Source of the DNA: Polyangiales bacterium
GTDB lineage: Bacteria > Myxococcota_A > Polyangia > Polyangiales > Houyiibacteriaceae
Length of the DNA: 24,386 bases
Assembly (NCBI GenBank): GCA_045106895.1
Contig: JBGCFM010000035.1
Coordinates: 1 to 24,386 of the forward strand
Direction: 5' to 3'
Shown here one piece after another: positions 7,764-16,253 of the stretch; the stretch's first letter is position 1, and each line of letters starts with the position of its first letter. The notes under the pieces were generated by a model that saw nothing but the letters and a program-made list of their open reading frames with translations, was not told the origin of the DNA and did not search any database. Both the position numbers and the translations under genes were made by a program.

Positions 7764-8648
7764 CTAGTAACAAACGCGGTTTCGACCGCCGTGTTTCGCT
7801 GCGTAGAGCCGCTCGTCTGCGTGCTTGATGAAGTCGTTGACGACCCAATCGTCTTCGAGCTGAGCGATACCCATGCTCACCGTCACCGTCATCTTCTCTT
7901 GTTCGAAGTGGAAAGGGTGGGTGGAGATGAGCTGCCTGAGCTCCTCAGCGATGTGAACACCGCCGCTGGCGTTGGTCTCGGGAAGCAAGACCGCGAACTC
8001 TTCTCCGCCGTAACGACCGAGGACATCGTCGGGACGGAGCCGGCTCTTGACGAGTTGCGCCATCTCTTTGAGGACATAGTCACCAGCGAGATGTCCGTAG
8101 CTGTCGTTGACGTTCTTGAAGTGGTCGATATCGAACATGCAGAGCGTCAGGGGACGCTGGTGTCGACGGGCTCGGGGAATCTCGCGTTCGAGCGTCTCGA
8201 GGAGGAAGCGCTTGTTGTTCACACCGGTCAGACCATCCACGATGGTCATCTTGTAAATCGTCTCGTGGTACTGAGCTTCCATGTCGGAACCACTCAGGAA
8301 CTTGAAGATGGTGTCACCCACCTTGACCTGGTCTCCACGACGCAGCTGGTAGTCCGTGACGAGGCCGTCATTGACGTAGGTGCCGTTCGTTGAGTCGAGG
8401 TCGACGACGATGTACTGACGACCGCGCCGCTCGATTCGGCAGTGTCGCCGTGACACGGAATCGTTCTCGAGGACGATGGTGTTTTCGCTGCCACGTCCCA
8501 TCGTGACTGCGTCCGGGCCGAGCACATGGCGTTTGCCGAACTGGCGCGCGTCGGACGAGTAGATGATCACGAGACAGTCATGCCCCGCCTTGATCGGGAG
8601 CTTGAGTTCTTCGAGGGGGGTGACCCGTGTTTTGATGTCAGAGTCCAA
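7764..8648 (-). CDS. FHA-GGDEF diguanylate cyclase
   Basis: FHA motifs GR, SVSRRH and STNGTYVN. GGDEF domain with DGLTG, DIDHFKNVNDSYGHLAGD, I-site RPDD, active site RYGGEEF, and AD..LY.AK..GRN. TTG start. Confidence 0.93.
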   Translation of the reverse strand: MDSDIKTRVTPLEELKLPIKAGHDCLVIIYSSDARQFGKRHVLGPDAVTMGRGSENTIVLENDSVSRRHCRIERRGRQYIVVDLDSTNGTYVNDGLVTDYQLRRGDQVKVGDTIFKFLSGSDMEAQYHETIYKMTIVDGLTGVNNKRFLLETLEREIPRARRHQRPLTLCMFDIDHFKNVNDSYGHLAGDYVLKEMAQLVKSRLRPDDVLGRYGGEEFAVLLPETNASGGVHIAEELRQLISTHPFHFEQEKMTVTVSMGIAQLEDDWVVNDFIKHADERLYAAKHGGRNRVCY

Positions 8649-8727
8649 GAATCGTCACTAAAACTTCGGGTTCACAAATCCGTTGGGCAACCATCATACT
8701 GCGAAGTTGCAGTGTCGCTATCGTGCA

Positions 8728-8756
8728 AGAGTAGAAAGGCTCGGAGCCAGCGTCAA
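8728..8756 (-). promoter_or_regulatory. Putative sigma70-type promoter for the FHA-GGDEF gene
   Basis: Minus strand TTGACG (8751-8756), 17 nt, TACTCT (8728-8733). A second TATGAT hexamer lies at 8694-8699. Confidence 0.55.
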
Positions 8757-8809
8757 TATACCGTACCATTTCTGCGCTGTGAGAGTTCAGATTCGAAATG
8801 GGTCCTTGA

Positions 8810-9448
8810 ATGTCGGATAGTCAGGTTCTCCTCGCCGTGGCGGGGAATATTGGGTCCGGAAAAACCACTTTAACGCGCTTGATGGCCTCCGCGTTGGGCT
8901 TTCAGCCGCTCTTTGAGCCGTCCGACGAGAACCCGTATCTGTCCGATTTCTATGGAGATATGGCGCGTTACGCACTCCCGCTTCAGCTGCGCTTTCTCGC
9001 AGACCGCGTAGAACAGATGCGCCAGCTTGCGGAGCGGAATATCAGCGCTGTTCAGGACCGGACCTGCTACGAGGACGCGGAGATCTTCGCCCGCAATCTG
9101 CACGACGATGGGAAAATGGACGGCCGCGACTGGGGAACCTACGGGCGCGTCGCCCGCCCGCTGCTGGCGGGCCTACCGGTTCCAGACCTCTTGGTGTACC
9201 TGCAGAAGACGCCGGAGACTTGCGCAAACGCGGTTCGGCAGCGCGGGCGAGAGTTCGAGCAGTCTCTACCGGAGGACTACTTGAGCCGCCTCGGCGCACG
9301 ATACGACGCGTGGTTCGATGACTACGACCGAGGGCCTAAGCTTCGAATCGTCGGCGACGCCCTCGATGTACTCGACCGACCCGAAGACCTCGAAGGCGTC
9401 GTAGAAGCTGTCCGTCAGGCCCTCCCGCAGCGCCTCCTCGCCTTTTGA
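8810..9448 (+). CDS. Deoxynucleoside kinase (dAK/dCK/dGK family)
   Basis: P-loop GNIGSGKTT, NPYLSDFY.D, LQLRFL..R, QDRTCYED..IF, PDLLVYL and R.RGR.FE. Confidence 0.92.
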   Translation: MSDSQVLLAVAGNIGSGKTTLTRLMASALGFQPLFEPSDENPYLSDFYGDMARYALPLQLRFLADRVEQMRQLAERNISAVQDRTCYEDAEIFARNLHDDGKMDGRDWGTYGRVARPLLAGLPVPDLLVYLQKTPETCANAVRQRGREFEQSLPEDYLSRLGARYDAWFDDYDRGPKLRIVGDALDVLDRPEDLEGVVEAVRQALPQRLLAF

Positions 9449-9462
9449 GGCGTGCGTCCGAG

Positions 9463-10098
9463 TCAGTGCCAGGACCGAGAACCCCCACCGCGCTCTCGAG
9501 CCCCAACGATCGATGCACTCAACGCGGATGGCCCCTTCTTTTCGGACGGGTCGTGCGTGTTGATGAAGTGTAAGTTCTCGTAGTTGACGAGCACGTGCGC
9601 GAGCACGGGGCCGACGAGTTCACCGGTGCACTCGTAGAGGCTGCCAAAGAGGAAGCCCATCGCGATGGCCCAAAGCGTCCAGGGCAAGAACTTACGACTC
9701 GGGCCCAAGTGGACAGCGCCGAACAGAATGCTCGCGGCAACAAAACCGAGCCACGGCTGAAGCGCTCCGCGGAAGAAGAGCTCTTCAGCGATTCCGCTCG
9801 TCAACGCAAACACGAGGATCTCCGTGCTTGTGAGGGGACCGAGCAAAGTCCGGAACGAGACGTGAAGCTGCCGCGCCCATACCGTTCGGCGAACAAGCCA
9901 ACGGGTGGAGACGATTCCAAACGCGCACAGCGCGAGACCCCCGACGACGCTGACAACGAGGCGTACCGGAAATGAGGCGCTCAGCCACGGATCTGGGTGA
10001 GAGCCGAGGGGCCGGTCGCCGAGAAAAAGCACGCCCAGCGCGGCGGCTCCAAGGGCTCCATAGACGACGATTGCACTCACAATGCGTCGTCGGGCCAT
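9463..10098 (-). CDS. CPBP (Abi/type II CAAX) family intramembrane glutamic protease
   Basis: Multi-pass hydrophobic protein with motifs EELFFRG, FGAVH and HVLVN. Confidence 0.92.
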   Translation of the reverse strand: MARRRIVSAIVVYGALGAAALGVLFLGDRPLGSHPDPWLSASFPVRLVVSVVGGLALCAFGIVSTRWLVRRTVWARQLHVSFRTLLGPLTSTEILVFALTSGIAEELFFRGALQPWLGFVAASILFGAVHLGPSRKFLPWTLWAIAMGFLFGSLYECTGELVGPVLAHVLVNYENLHFINTHDPSEKKGPSALSASIVGARERGGGSRSWH

Positions 10099-10103
10099 GA
10101 GAC

Positions 10104-10182
10104 GGTCTAACAGAGGCTAGACAGGTGTTCAATGGGGCGAAGCACACACGGGTTGACACTGTGTGTGTTGGCCGCGTAACTC
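10104..10182. promoter_or_regulatory. Divergent promoter pair between the CPBP and HD-GYP genes, with an inverted repeat
   Basis: Minus strand: TTGAAC (10127-10132), 17 nt, TAGACC (10104-10109), with extended TG. Plus strand: TTGACA (10153-10158), 18 nt, TAACTC (10177-10182). CACACAC (10143-10149) and GTGTGTG (10161-10167) flank the TTGACA. Confidence 0.5.
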
Positions 10183-10188
10183 TACCCC

Positions 10189-11718
10189 GTGACCGCAGGT
10201 CCCATGAGCGAAGCTCCGCGTATCCTCGTCGTAGACGACGAGCAGGTGATTCGAGAAATCCTCGCCGATTTCCTCTCCATGGAGGGGTTCGTCCTTCGTA
10301 CGGCGGCTGACGGAAACGAAGCGCTGATGGAGCTCTCGCGGGCCCACTACGACCTCGTGTTGAGCGATTTGAAGATGCCAAATATGGGTGGCATTGAGCT
10401 TCTCGGGGCCATTCAAAAACACGCGCCGGGCGTCGTCACCGTCATCATGACTGGGTTCGGTACCGTCGAGACCGCGATCAACGCGATGAAGAAGGGCGCC
10501 TACGACTACATCTTGAAGCCATTCAAGATGGAAGAGGTCGTCCACACAATCCGGCGCGGCCTTGAGAAGCAGAAGCTCCATGGGGAGAACCTCCGACTCA
10601 AGGAGGCGCTCTCTCTCTACAAAGTAAGCGAGGCTATTCAGTCCTCCCTCTCTCTCGACCAGGTCCTCGGGACTATCGTCGATGCGGCCCTCGATGAAGT
10701 CCGGGCGGACCTCGTGACGGTGCTCTTGAACGACGGCGAGGGGAGCTTCTTTGAACGGGTGGCGCACCAGAGCCCGCGCTTCCAAGACGAAGACGAGCAG
10801 GTGCACTTCGATTCCGAGGCCCTGGCCACGCACTTCTCCGAGCATGCCACGCTGCTCGCGCACGATGACGCGGTGAAGGCCTTCCTCGTTGCCGGCGAGG
10901 CTCGTCCTCCTCTGAGCTTAATCGTGACTCGTCTGCGCGTTCGTGGGGAGACCATCGGTTACCTTTGCGTCGGCACGATGGTGCGTGGACGGCGACTCGA
11001 CGAGGGGCAGCGCAAACTGATGCAGATCGTGGCGAACCGCGCGTCCGCCGCCATCGAGAACGCACGTTTATACGAAGACCTTCAGGCCACGTTTCAACAG
11101 ACGATCCGCGGTCTGGCATCGGCCATCGACAAGATGGACCGCTACACGGCTGGCCACTCAGAGCGCGTCGCCGCCTACGCACAGATCCTCGCTATCAAGC
11201 TTGGAATGGATGAGCGTCAGGTGGAAATCGTTCGTCAGTCCGCCTTGATGCACGATGTGGGGAAAATCGGCTGTGTCATGAACCTGCGCAAGCCAGGGAA
11301 GCTCTCTCAGCGCGAGTACGAGGTGTTTCAGCAGCACCCAACGCATGGTCGCGACATCCTCGAGCCCATCTCGTTCTTGCATCCGCTCATCCCGGGCGTG
11401 CACCTTCACCACGAACGCTGGGACGGTGCGGGATATCCCCTGGGCCTTGAGGGGCAAGAGATCCCAATCATCGCCCGCATTATCAGCGTAGCCGATACTT
11501 ACGACGCGATGACGAGTGACCGCGCGTACCGAAAGGCGTTGCCCCACGGTGCCGCCGTGAGCGAGATTCAGCGGTGCTCAGGTTCGCAGTTCGACAGCGA
11601 CGTGGCTCACCCCTTCGTCGAGGCCATCGAGGCGCGACGGGCAGAGGACGCGGAACGAAAAAAGGATGAGGAGCGCGAAGAAGCCGAACGCGCGCAGGAT
11701 GAGGCCAGCGAAAGCTAA
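10189..11718 (+). CDS. Response regulator REC-GAF-HD-GYP cyclic dinucleotide phosphodiesterase
   Basis: REC domain (ILVVDDE, SDLKMP, MTG, AYDYILKPF) and a GAF-like middle ending in A.AIENARLYE. HD-GYP motifs YTAGHSERV, HDVGKIG, HP..G, HHERWDGAGYP, ADTYDAMTSDRAYR and QFD. Alternative start ATG 10204. Confidence 0.93.
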   Translation: MTAGPMSEAPRILVVDDEQVIREILADFLSMEGFVLRTAADGNEALMELSRAHYDLVLSDLKMPNMGGIELLGAIQKHAPGVVTVIMTGFGTVETAINAMKKGAYDYILKPFKMEEVVHTIRRGLEKQKLHGENLRLKEALSLYKVSEAIQSSLSLDQVLGTIVDAALDEVRADLVTVLLNDGEGSFFERVAHQSPRFQDEDEQVHFDSEALATHFSEHATLLAHDDAVKAFLVAGEARPPLSLIVTRLRVRGETIGYLCVGTMVRGRRLDEGQRKLMQIVANRASAAIENARLYEDLQATFQQTIRGLASAIDKMDRYTAGHSERVAAYAQILAIKLGMDERQVEIVRQSALMHDVGKIGCVMNLRKPGKLSQREYEVFQQHPTHGRDILEPISFLHPLIPGVHLHHERWDGAGYPLGLEGQEIPIIARIISVADTYDAMTSDRAYRKALPHGAAVSEIQRCSGSQFDSDVAHPFVEAIEARRAEDAERKKDEEREEAERAQDEASES

Positions 11719-13093
11719 GGCCCGCCGAACACGTGCGGTGTTCTTGGGCGCGGCGCTCATCGCGCTGGTGAGCGCCGTCATCGCGTGGCCATTCGTCGTA
11801 GACGACGCGTTCATCACGTTCCGCTACGCTCGCCACCTCGTCGCCGGTCAAGGGTACGCAATGAACCCGGCCGCCGTGACGGACGGCGTCACTGGGCCAC
11901 TGTGGCTTGTGCCTTTGGTCCTGGCGGGAGCACTCGGGTTTTCGATCCCAACGGTTGCGGGGGTGACAGGCCTCCTCTTTGCGGCGGGCGCGGGCGCGCT
12001 CTTGCTCTGGAGTATGCGGGGGCGAAGCGGAGGCAAAGCGCGGGAGGTGAGCGCGGTATTTCTCGCGCTCAACGGCACGTATTGGGTCTGGGCGAGCGCC
12101 GGCCTGGAGACCGGAGCGGCGACCTTCTTCGTGACCGTGCTCGTCGCCAGTGTGGTTCGCCCTCTGCCTCGCTGGGCGCCTGCCTTTGCCCTCATGGTGC
12201 TTCCGAGTCTGCGTCCAGAGCTCGTACCGGTGGCGTGTTTGCTCGGTCTTCAAGCTCGCCGTCTGCCTCGTCTATGGTCGCTGGCCTCCATCAGCTTGGG
12301 GGTGGCGGCCATCGCCGCTTGGCGAATTTGGATGTTCGGGACACCCATCCCGTTGAGCGCCATGGCCAAGGGCGGCACTCTCGTCAACGGCGCGAGCTAC
12401 GTGCTGAGCGGCGCCGTCTTGATGACGATGGGCGGAGGAGCCTACCTCGCCTGGCGCGCGCGAAAACGCAGAGCCGCGCGATGGGTGGGCCTCGCGCTTT
12501 TGCTCCACCTTGTGGTCGTCATCGTCGCTGGCGGTGACTGGATGCCAGGCCACCGCCTCCTCGTGCCTCTCTTGCCTGCCCTTGCCCTGCTTGTTGGCTG
12601 GGGGTGCACGGCGTATCGGCGGGCAGCCTTTGTTCTTGTGCCGACTCTCGTGGCCGCGGCTGCACTTAGCGCTTTTACGCTGACGGAGGCACGCGACGCC
12701 GGGCTTCGGCGGCAGGTTCGTGGGCGTCCTATTGCCGCCGCCATCGAGGAAGGTCCAGTGGCGCTTCTCGACGCAGGCTTCCTAGCGTGGGAGACGGGGT
12801 ATGAAGTCGTCGACTTAGGCGGCATTACTGACCCAAGCGTGGCGCGTATGCCGGGCAACCACGTGGACCGCTCTGTGGACGTCGCGTACCTGGAAGCCAG
12901 GCAGCCAGCGACCTTCGTTCTTCACTCCCTCAGCGAGCCGATCATCACGGACGGCGAGCTCTCCCGCTTTGCGGGTTATCCGACGGAGAGTCGCCTCGTC
13001 CGCTCCGCTTGGTTTTTGCGCTCGTATGCACCCGTTGAGGTCCATGCCTATGGGGAGGCGTACTGGTACGTGCGCTTCGAACGACGCGACTAG
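11699..13093 (+). CDS. Polytopic membrane glycosyltransferase, GT-C superfamily (AftB-like)
   Basis: VDDAFITFRYA..L..G.G after TM1, then G.TGPLW, GLET, RPE, GGDWM..R.L.P and VVDLGGITD, with many TM segments. The start is uncertain (11666, 11699 or 11738); the first two options overlap the HD-GYP stop. Confidence 0.75.
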   Translation: MRPAKAKARRTRAVFLGAALIALVSAVIAWPFVVDDAFITFRYARHLVAGQGYAMNPAAVTDGVTGPLWLVPLVLAGALGFSIPTVAGVTGLLFAAGAGALLLWSMRGRSGGKAREVSAVFLALNGTYWVWASAGLETGAATFFVTVLVASVVRPLPRWAPAFALMVLPSLRPELVPVACLLGLQARRLPRLWSLASISLGVAAIAAWRIWMFGTPIPLSAMAKGGTLVNGASYVLSGAVLMTMGGGAYLAWRARKRRAARWVGLALLLHLVVVIVAGGDWMPGHRLLVPLLPALALLVGWGCTAYRRAAFVLVPTLVAAAALSAFTLTEARDAGLRRQVRGRPIAAAIEEGPVALLDAGFLAWETGYEVVDLGGITDPSVARMPGNHVDRSVDVAYLEARQPATFVLHSLSEPIITDGELSRFAGYPTESRLVRSAWFLRSYAPVEVHAYGEAYWYVRFERRD

Positions 13094-13102
13094 CTGCGCT
13101 AC

Positions 13103-14530
13103 TTACTGCATGGACGGAGGCTCGGGGGCAGTCTCCGTGCCTTGAGGCTGGTCGCGGTTGTGCCGCTCGGTCTCGCTTTCGATTTGGTTGCGAGGCCGGA
13201 GGTGCTGCCGCATTTGCTCACGAACGCCAGGAAGCGCCTGGACGGGTGCGCCTGGGCGCGCTGGTGCGGGTGTCGGAGCTGCGGCCGGAGCAGCCTCGCC
13301 AAACTGGATGTTGCCAAAGCGTGCAGGCACATGGAAGTCACCGACGCGAGGTGGGGACCACGCGGCAGCGCGCGTGCCGCCCTCTTGAACATCCATAACG
13401 TAGAAGTTCACCCGCCAGCTATCGCCCGCACTCGGTGGCGAGGCCGGAGGGGTTCCATGCGCAAAGGCGCTCCAAGGGATGGCGATCTCGACGGTGTAGC
13501 CTTCGTCCGCCTCATCATCGTTGAGCGTGCCGCGGAGGCTGACTCCGGAGCGAAGATTCGAGTCCCAGTCCGCGTGACCGATGGGTTGTGGAACGCGACG
13601 TGAGTCGTAGCGCGTGTCGAAGGAGACGTTGCCCGGGGAGACTTGAAGTTCGAAGTAGTTTCGGCCGTCTCCGTCCGGGTCGACCATGATCTCGACGACG
13701 TCCGCTTCCCAAAGGTGCTCGTCGTGCTCGTTGAACTCGCTCTTGAGGAAGGTGTCGGCGACGATGAAGCCCACGTAGAAGTTCTCGGCGTCGAAGAGAG
13801 TTTTGACGGTGACGCGGAAGTCCGCAGCGGCTCCGCTCATCGTGTTGACGAGGGCGCGCGATGACGCGGCGCTTTGCCAAGCTGCTTCGCTCAGCTCACC
13901 GTCGAGCTCAAGGGAGGTGCCCTCTGGGAGCGTTCCAGCCATCAGTCGAGGCACCTCTGGCACACTTGGTGTCGCGGCGGCGGGGGCGTTTCCTGTGCGA
14001 ATCGTGGCGGCTCGCGCGCGGTTGTCACCATCGCTCGGACCATCCGTGATGCGGAGGCGATGCGGACCATTCCAGAGTCCGTCGTATACGTCGGCGGTGG
14101 ACGTGGCCCAGTCCGCGGGAAGGGTGATCACCTGGCGGTCCCGAACGTACTCGCCGGCCTTCCAAGCACCAGGCTGGTAAAGGTCTCGAACGAGTCCGGC
14201 GCCGTCTTCGTTGACGACGGTGGGTTGCCGACCATCGGAGACGTGAGTGAAGAGCCGCCAGCCTTCTTCGAGGGCCCGGGTGACCTTCCAGTGCCACGTG
14301 ATGGTCATCTGTTCCCCGGGCGTCCAGGTCTCGCTGGAGAGGTCGTAGCCGATGAGCTCGACCTTGCCTTCGAAGTCGATGCTGACTTCGTGCGTTGGAC
14401 TCGTGGCTTCTTCGCCGACGAACTGAGACAGCTGCTCACGCTCCGTCCGAGTCAGGTCACGCGACTTCTCGACGCAGCTTGAGATGGAGAAGAGAAGGGC
14501 GAGGGCGAGGAAGGAGCGAGTTAGCATCAT
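13103..14530 (-). CDS. Lipoprotein with Ig-like (Wzt-C-like) domain and CBM9-like sugar-binding domain
   Basis: Start reassigned to ATG 14530, giving MMLTRSFLALALLFSISSC (lipobox). Ig-like segment LIGYDL...PGE...T.HW.V...W.LFTH...W..GE.V.D. CBM9-like segment LDG.L.E.AW, LW..DVVEI..DP.GDG..YFE..VSP, YTVEIAIPW and WR.NFY. Confidence 0.82.
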   Translation of the reverse strand: MMLTRSFLALALLFSISSCVEKSRDLTRTEREQLSQFVGEEATSPTHEVSIDFEGKVELIGYDLSSETWTPGEQMTITWHWKVTRALEEGWRLFTHVSDGRQPTVVNEDGAGLVRDLYQPGAWKAGEYVRDRQVITLPADWATSTADVYDGLWNGPHRLRITDGPSDGDNRARAATIRTGNAPAAATPSVPEVPRLMAGTLPEGTSLELDGELSEAAWQSAASSRALVNTMSGAAADFRVTVKTLFDAENFYVGFIVADTFLKSEFNEHDEHLWEADVVEIMVDPDGDGRNYFELQVSPGNVSFDTRYDSRRVPQPIGHADWDSNLRSGVSLRGTLNDDEADEGYTVEIAIPWSAFAHGTPPASPPSAGDSWRVNFYVMDVQEGGTRAAAWSPPRVGDFHVPARFGNIQFGEAAPAAAPTPAPARPGAPVQALPGVREQMRQHLRPRNQIESETERHNRDQPQGTETAPEPPSMQ

Positions 14531-14552
14531 GTCCGAATCTCTATGACCGAGG

Positions 14553-16187
14553 TTACTTACGCCCTTTGCGCCGAGCCTTCTTCTGTTGCTTGCGCTTGGA
14601 CTTCTTCTTGTTGCGGTCGACCTTACGCACGATGGGGGCCGCGGGTCCTGGCTGACCGAACATTCCCGCAAGACCGCCCATTCCACCGGGCATTCCTGGC
14701 ATTCCGCCGGGAGCGCCGCCCTCAGCGATGGCCGCCTCAAGGAGCTGGTCGGCGAGGCCCGCCATCATAGGGTTGCCTTCGAGGCCACCGGTCTTGACGA
14801 CGTTCTTCATGCGCCGAGCCTGGGCGATTTGCTTCATGCCCGGGATCTTGCCCAGCATGCCAGCCTGCTGGCCGATGTTGCCCATCATATTCTTCATGAA
14901 CGCAAAGCGCTGAAGGAGGTCTGCGACCTCTTTGGCTTCTCGGCCGGAGCCCTTGGCGACGCGGTTGAGGCGGCTCGCTTGCTTCTGGAAGAGCGAAGGA
15001 TCTCTCCGCTCTTGTTTGGTCATGGAGCTAACCATGGCCTTTGTGCGGTCGAGTTCGCCTTCGTCGATGTTCATGCCTTCGGGCATCGCATCGCCGAACA
15101 TGGGGAGCTTCTCGAAGATATCCTTCAGCGGCCCCATGTTCTGGAGCATCGAGATCTGCTCTAGGAAATCATCGAGGGTAAAGTCCCCCTGGAGCATGCG
15201 CTTGGCGTCCTGCTCTGCTTTCTCCTCATCGACGACGCCTTGGAAGTCCTTCATGAGGCCGACGACGTCGCCCATGCCAAGGATTCGGCTGGCCATTCCG
15301 TCGGGGCGGAACTGCTCGAGCTTGTCCATGGTCTCGCCGAGACCCACGAACTTCACCGGCGCGCCGGTGACTTCACGAATGCTAAGGGCCGCGCCGCCTC
15401 GGGCGTCGCCGTCCATCTTTGTTAGGACGATGCCTGTCACGCCGATGCGGTCGTGGAACGTCTTTGCCGTGGTGACGGCGTTCTGACCGATCATCGCGTC
15501 GACGACCAAGAACGTGTTCTTGGGCTCGCACTTGGTGCGGATATTGTCGAGCTCCTGCATGAGGGGCTCGTCGACGGCCAGACGACCGGCGGTGTCGTAG
15601 ATGATGGTGTCGCGTTTGATCCGCTTGCAGTGCTTTTGAGCCTGGTCACAAATCTCGACGGGGTCGCCCCCTTGAATCGCGAAGACCGGCACCGAGATCT
15701 GTTCGCCCAGAACCTGAAGCTGCTCGATGGCGCCGGGTCGTGCGACGTCGGCGGCGACCATGAGGACCTTGCGTCCGTGCTCGGCTTCCAAGAGACGCGC
15801 CAGCTTGGCCGCGCTCGTGGTCTTACCCGAGCCCTGAAGCCCCACCATCATGATGCCGGTGATGCCCTTGTCCTCGAAGACGATAGCTTCGCCTTCGAAG
15901 GCCATCATGGCCTCAAGTTCGTCCTGGCAGATCTTTACGAACTGCTCGACCGGACCGATCTTGATCTTCCGCCCACCGACCTCTGCGGTGTGCTGAATGG
16001 TGTCTCCGATGGCCTTCTCTTTGACGCGCTGGAGGAAGCGCTTCGTGACAGAGAACTCTACATCCGCTTCAAGCAGTGAGAGGCGAACGTCTCGAAGGGC
16101 AGGCTCGATGTTCTCGGCCGTGATTTCGGAAACGCCAGCAAGGCGATTTTTGGCGGCTCTAAAGCCTTTGGAAAGGGTCTCAAACAT
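14553..16187 (-). CDS. ffh: Signal recognition particle protein Ffh
   Basis: LLEADV, GLQGSGKTT, DTAGR, TKMDGDARGGAALS, SRILGMGD and a Met-rich M domain (FTLDDF, SMT..ER..P, R.A.GSG). Start ATG 16187 (MFETLSKGF). Confidence 0.97.
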   Translation of the reverse strand: MFETLSKGFRAAKNRLAGVSEITAENIEPALRDVRLSLLEADVEFSVTKRFLQRVKEKAIGDTIQHTAEVGGRKIKIGPVEQFVKICQDELEAMMAFEGEAIVFEDKGITGIMMVGLQGSGKTTSAAKLARLLEAEHGRKVLMVAADVARPGAIEQLQVLGEQISVPVFAIQGGDPVEICDQAQKHCKRIKRDTIIYDTAGRLAVDEPLMQELDNIRTKCEPKNTFLVVDAMIGQNAVTTAKTFHDRIGVTGIVLTKMDGDARGGAALSIREVTGAPVKFVGLGETMDKLEQFRPDGMASRILGMGDVVGLMKDFQGVVDEEKAEQDAKRMLQGDFTLDDFLEQISMLQNMGPLKDIFEKLPMFGDAMPEGMNIDEGELDRTKAMVSSMTKQERRDPSLFQKQASRLNRVAKGSGREAKEVADLLQRFAFMKNMMGNIGQQAGMLGKIPGMKQIAQARRMKNVVKTGGLEGNPMMAGLADQLLEAAIAEGGAPGGMPGMPGGMGGLAGMFGQPGPAAPIVRKVDRNKKKSKRKQQKKARRKGRK

Positions 16188-16253
16188 GGTGGTCCGGGGT
16201 AGGCCCACGTAGCATGAGGGCGCCGAGCCGCCAAGGCTGAGGGCCGAGAGTGC

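Noticed and set aside
8070..8135. Possible Hypr-type (3',3'-cGAMP) GGDEF, paired with a cGAMP-specific HD-GYP
   Set aside because: The specificity position is Asp (GHLAGD), not Ser/Thr, and the HD-GYP has the canonical RxxR (RAYR). Both are consistent with ordinary c-di-GMP.
8798..8809. Tiny upstream ORF ATG-GGT-CCT-TGA abutting the deoxynucleoside kinase start
   Set aside because: Only three codons with no supporting RBS; easily arises by chance.
8649..8809. Possible c-di-GMP or other riboswitch in the DGC/dNK spacer (also considered for 1528-1696)
   Set aside because: No recognisable GEMM or Moco aptamer consensus by eye. An Rfam/Infernal search would be needed to exclude it formally.
14531..14740. 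Extension of the CBM9 ORF into ffh
   Set aside because: It is an alternative-frame overlap with the ffh 3' end; the lipoprotein signal begins at ATG 14530.
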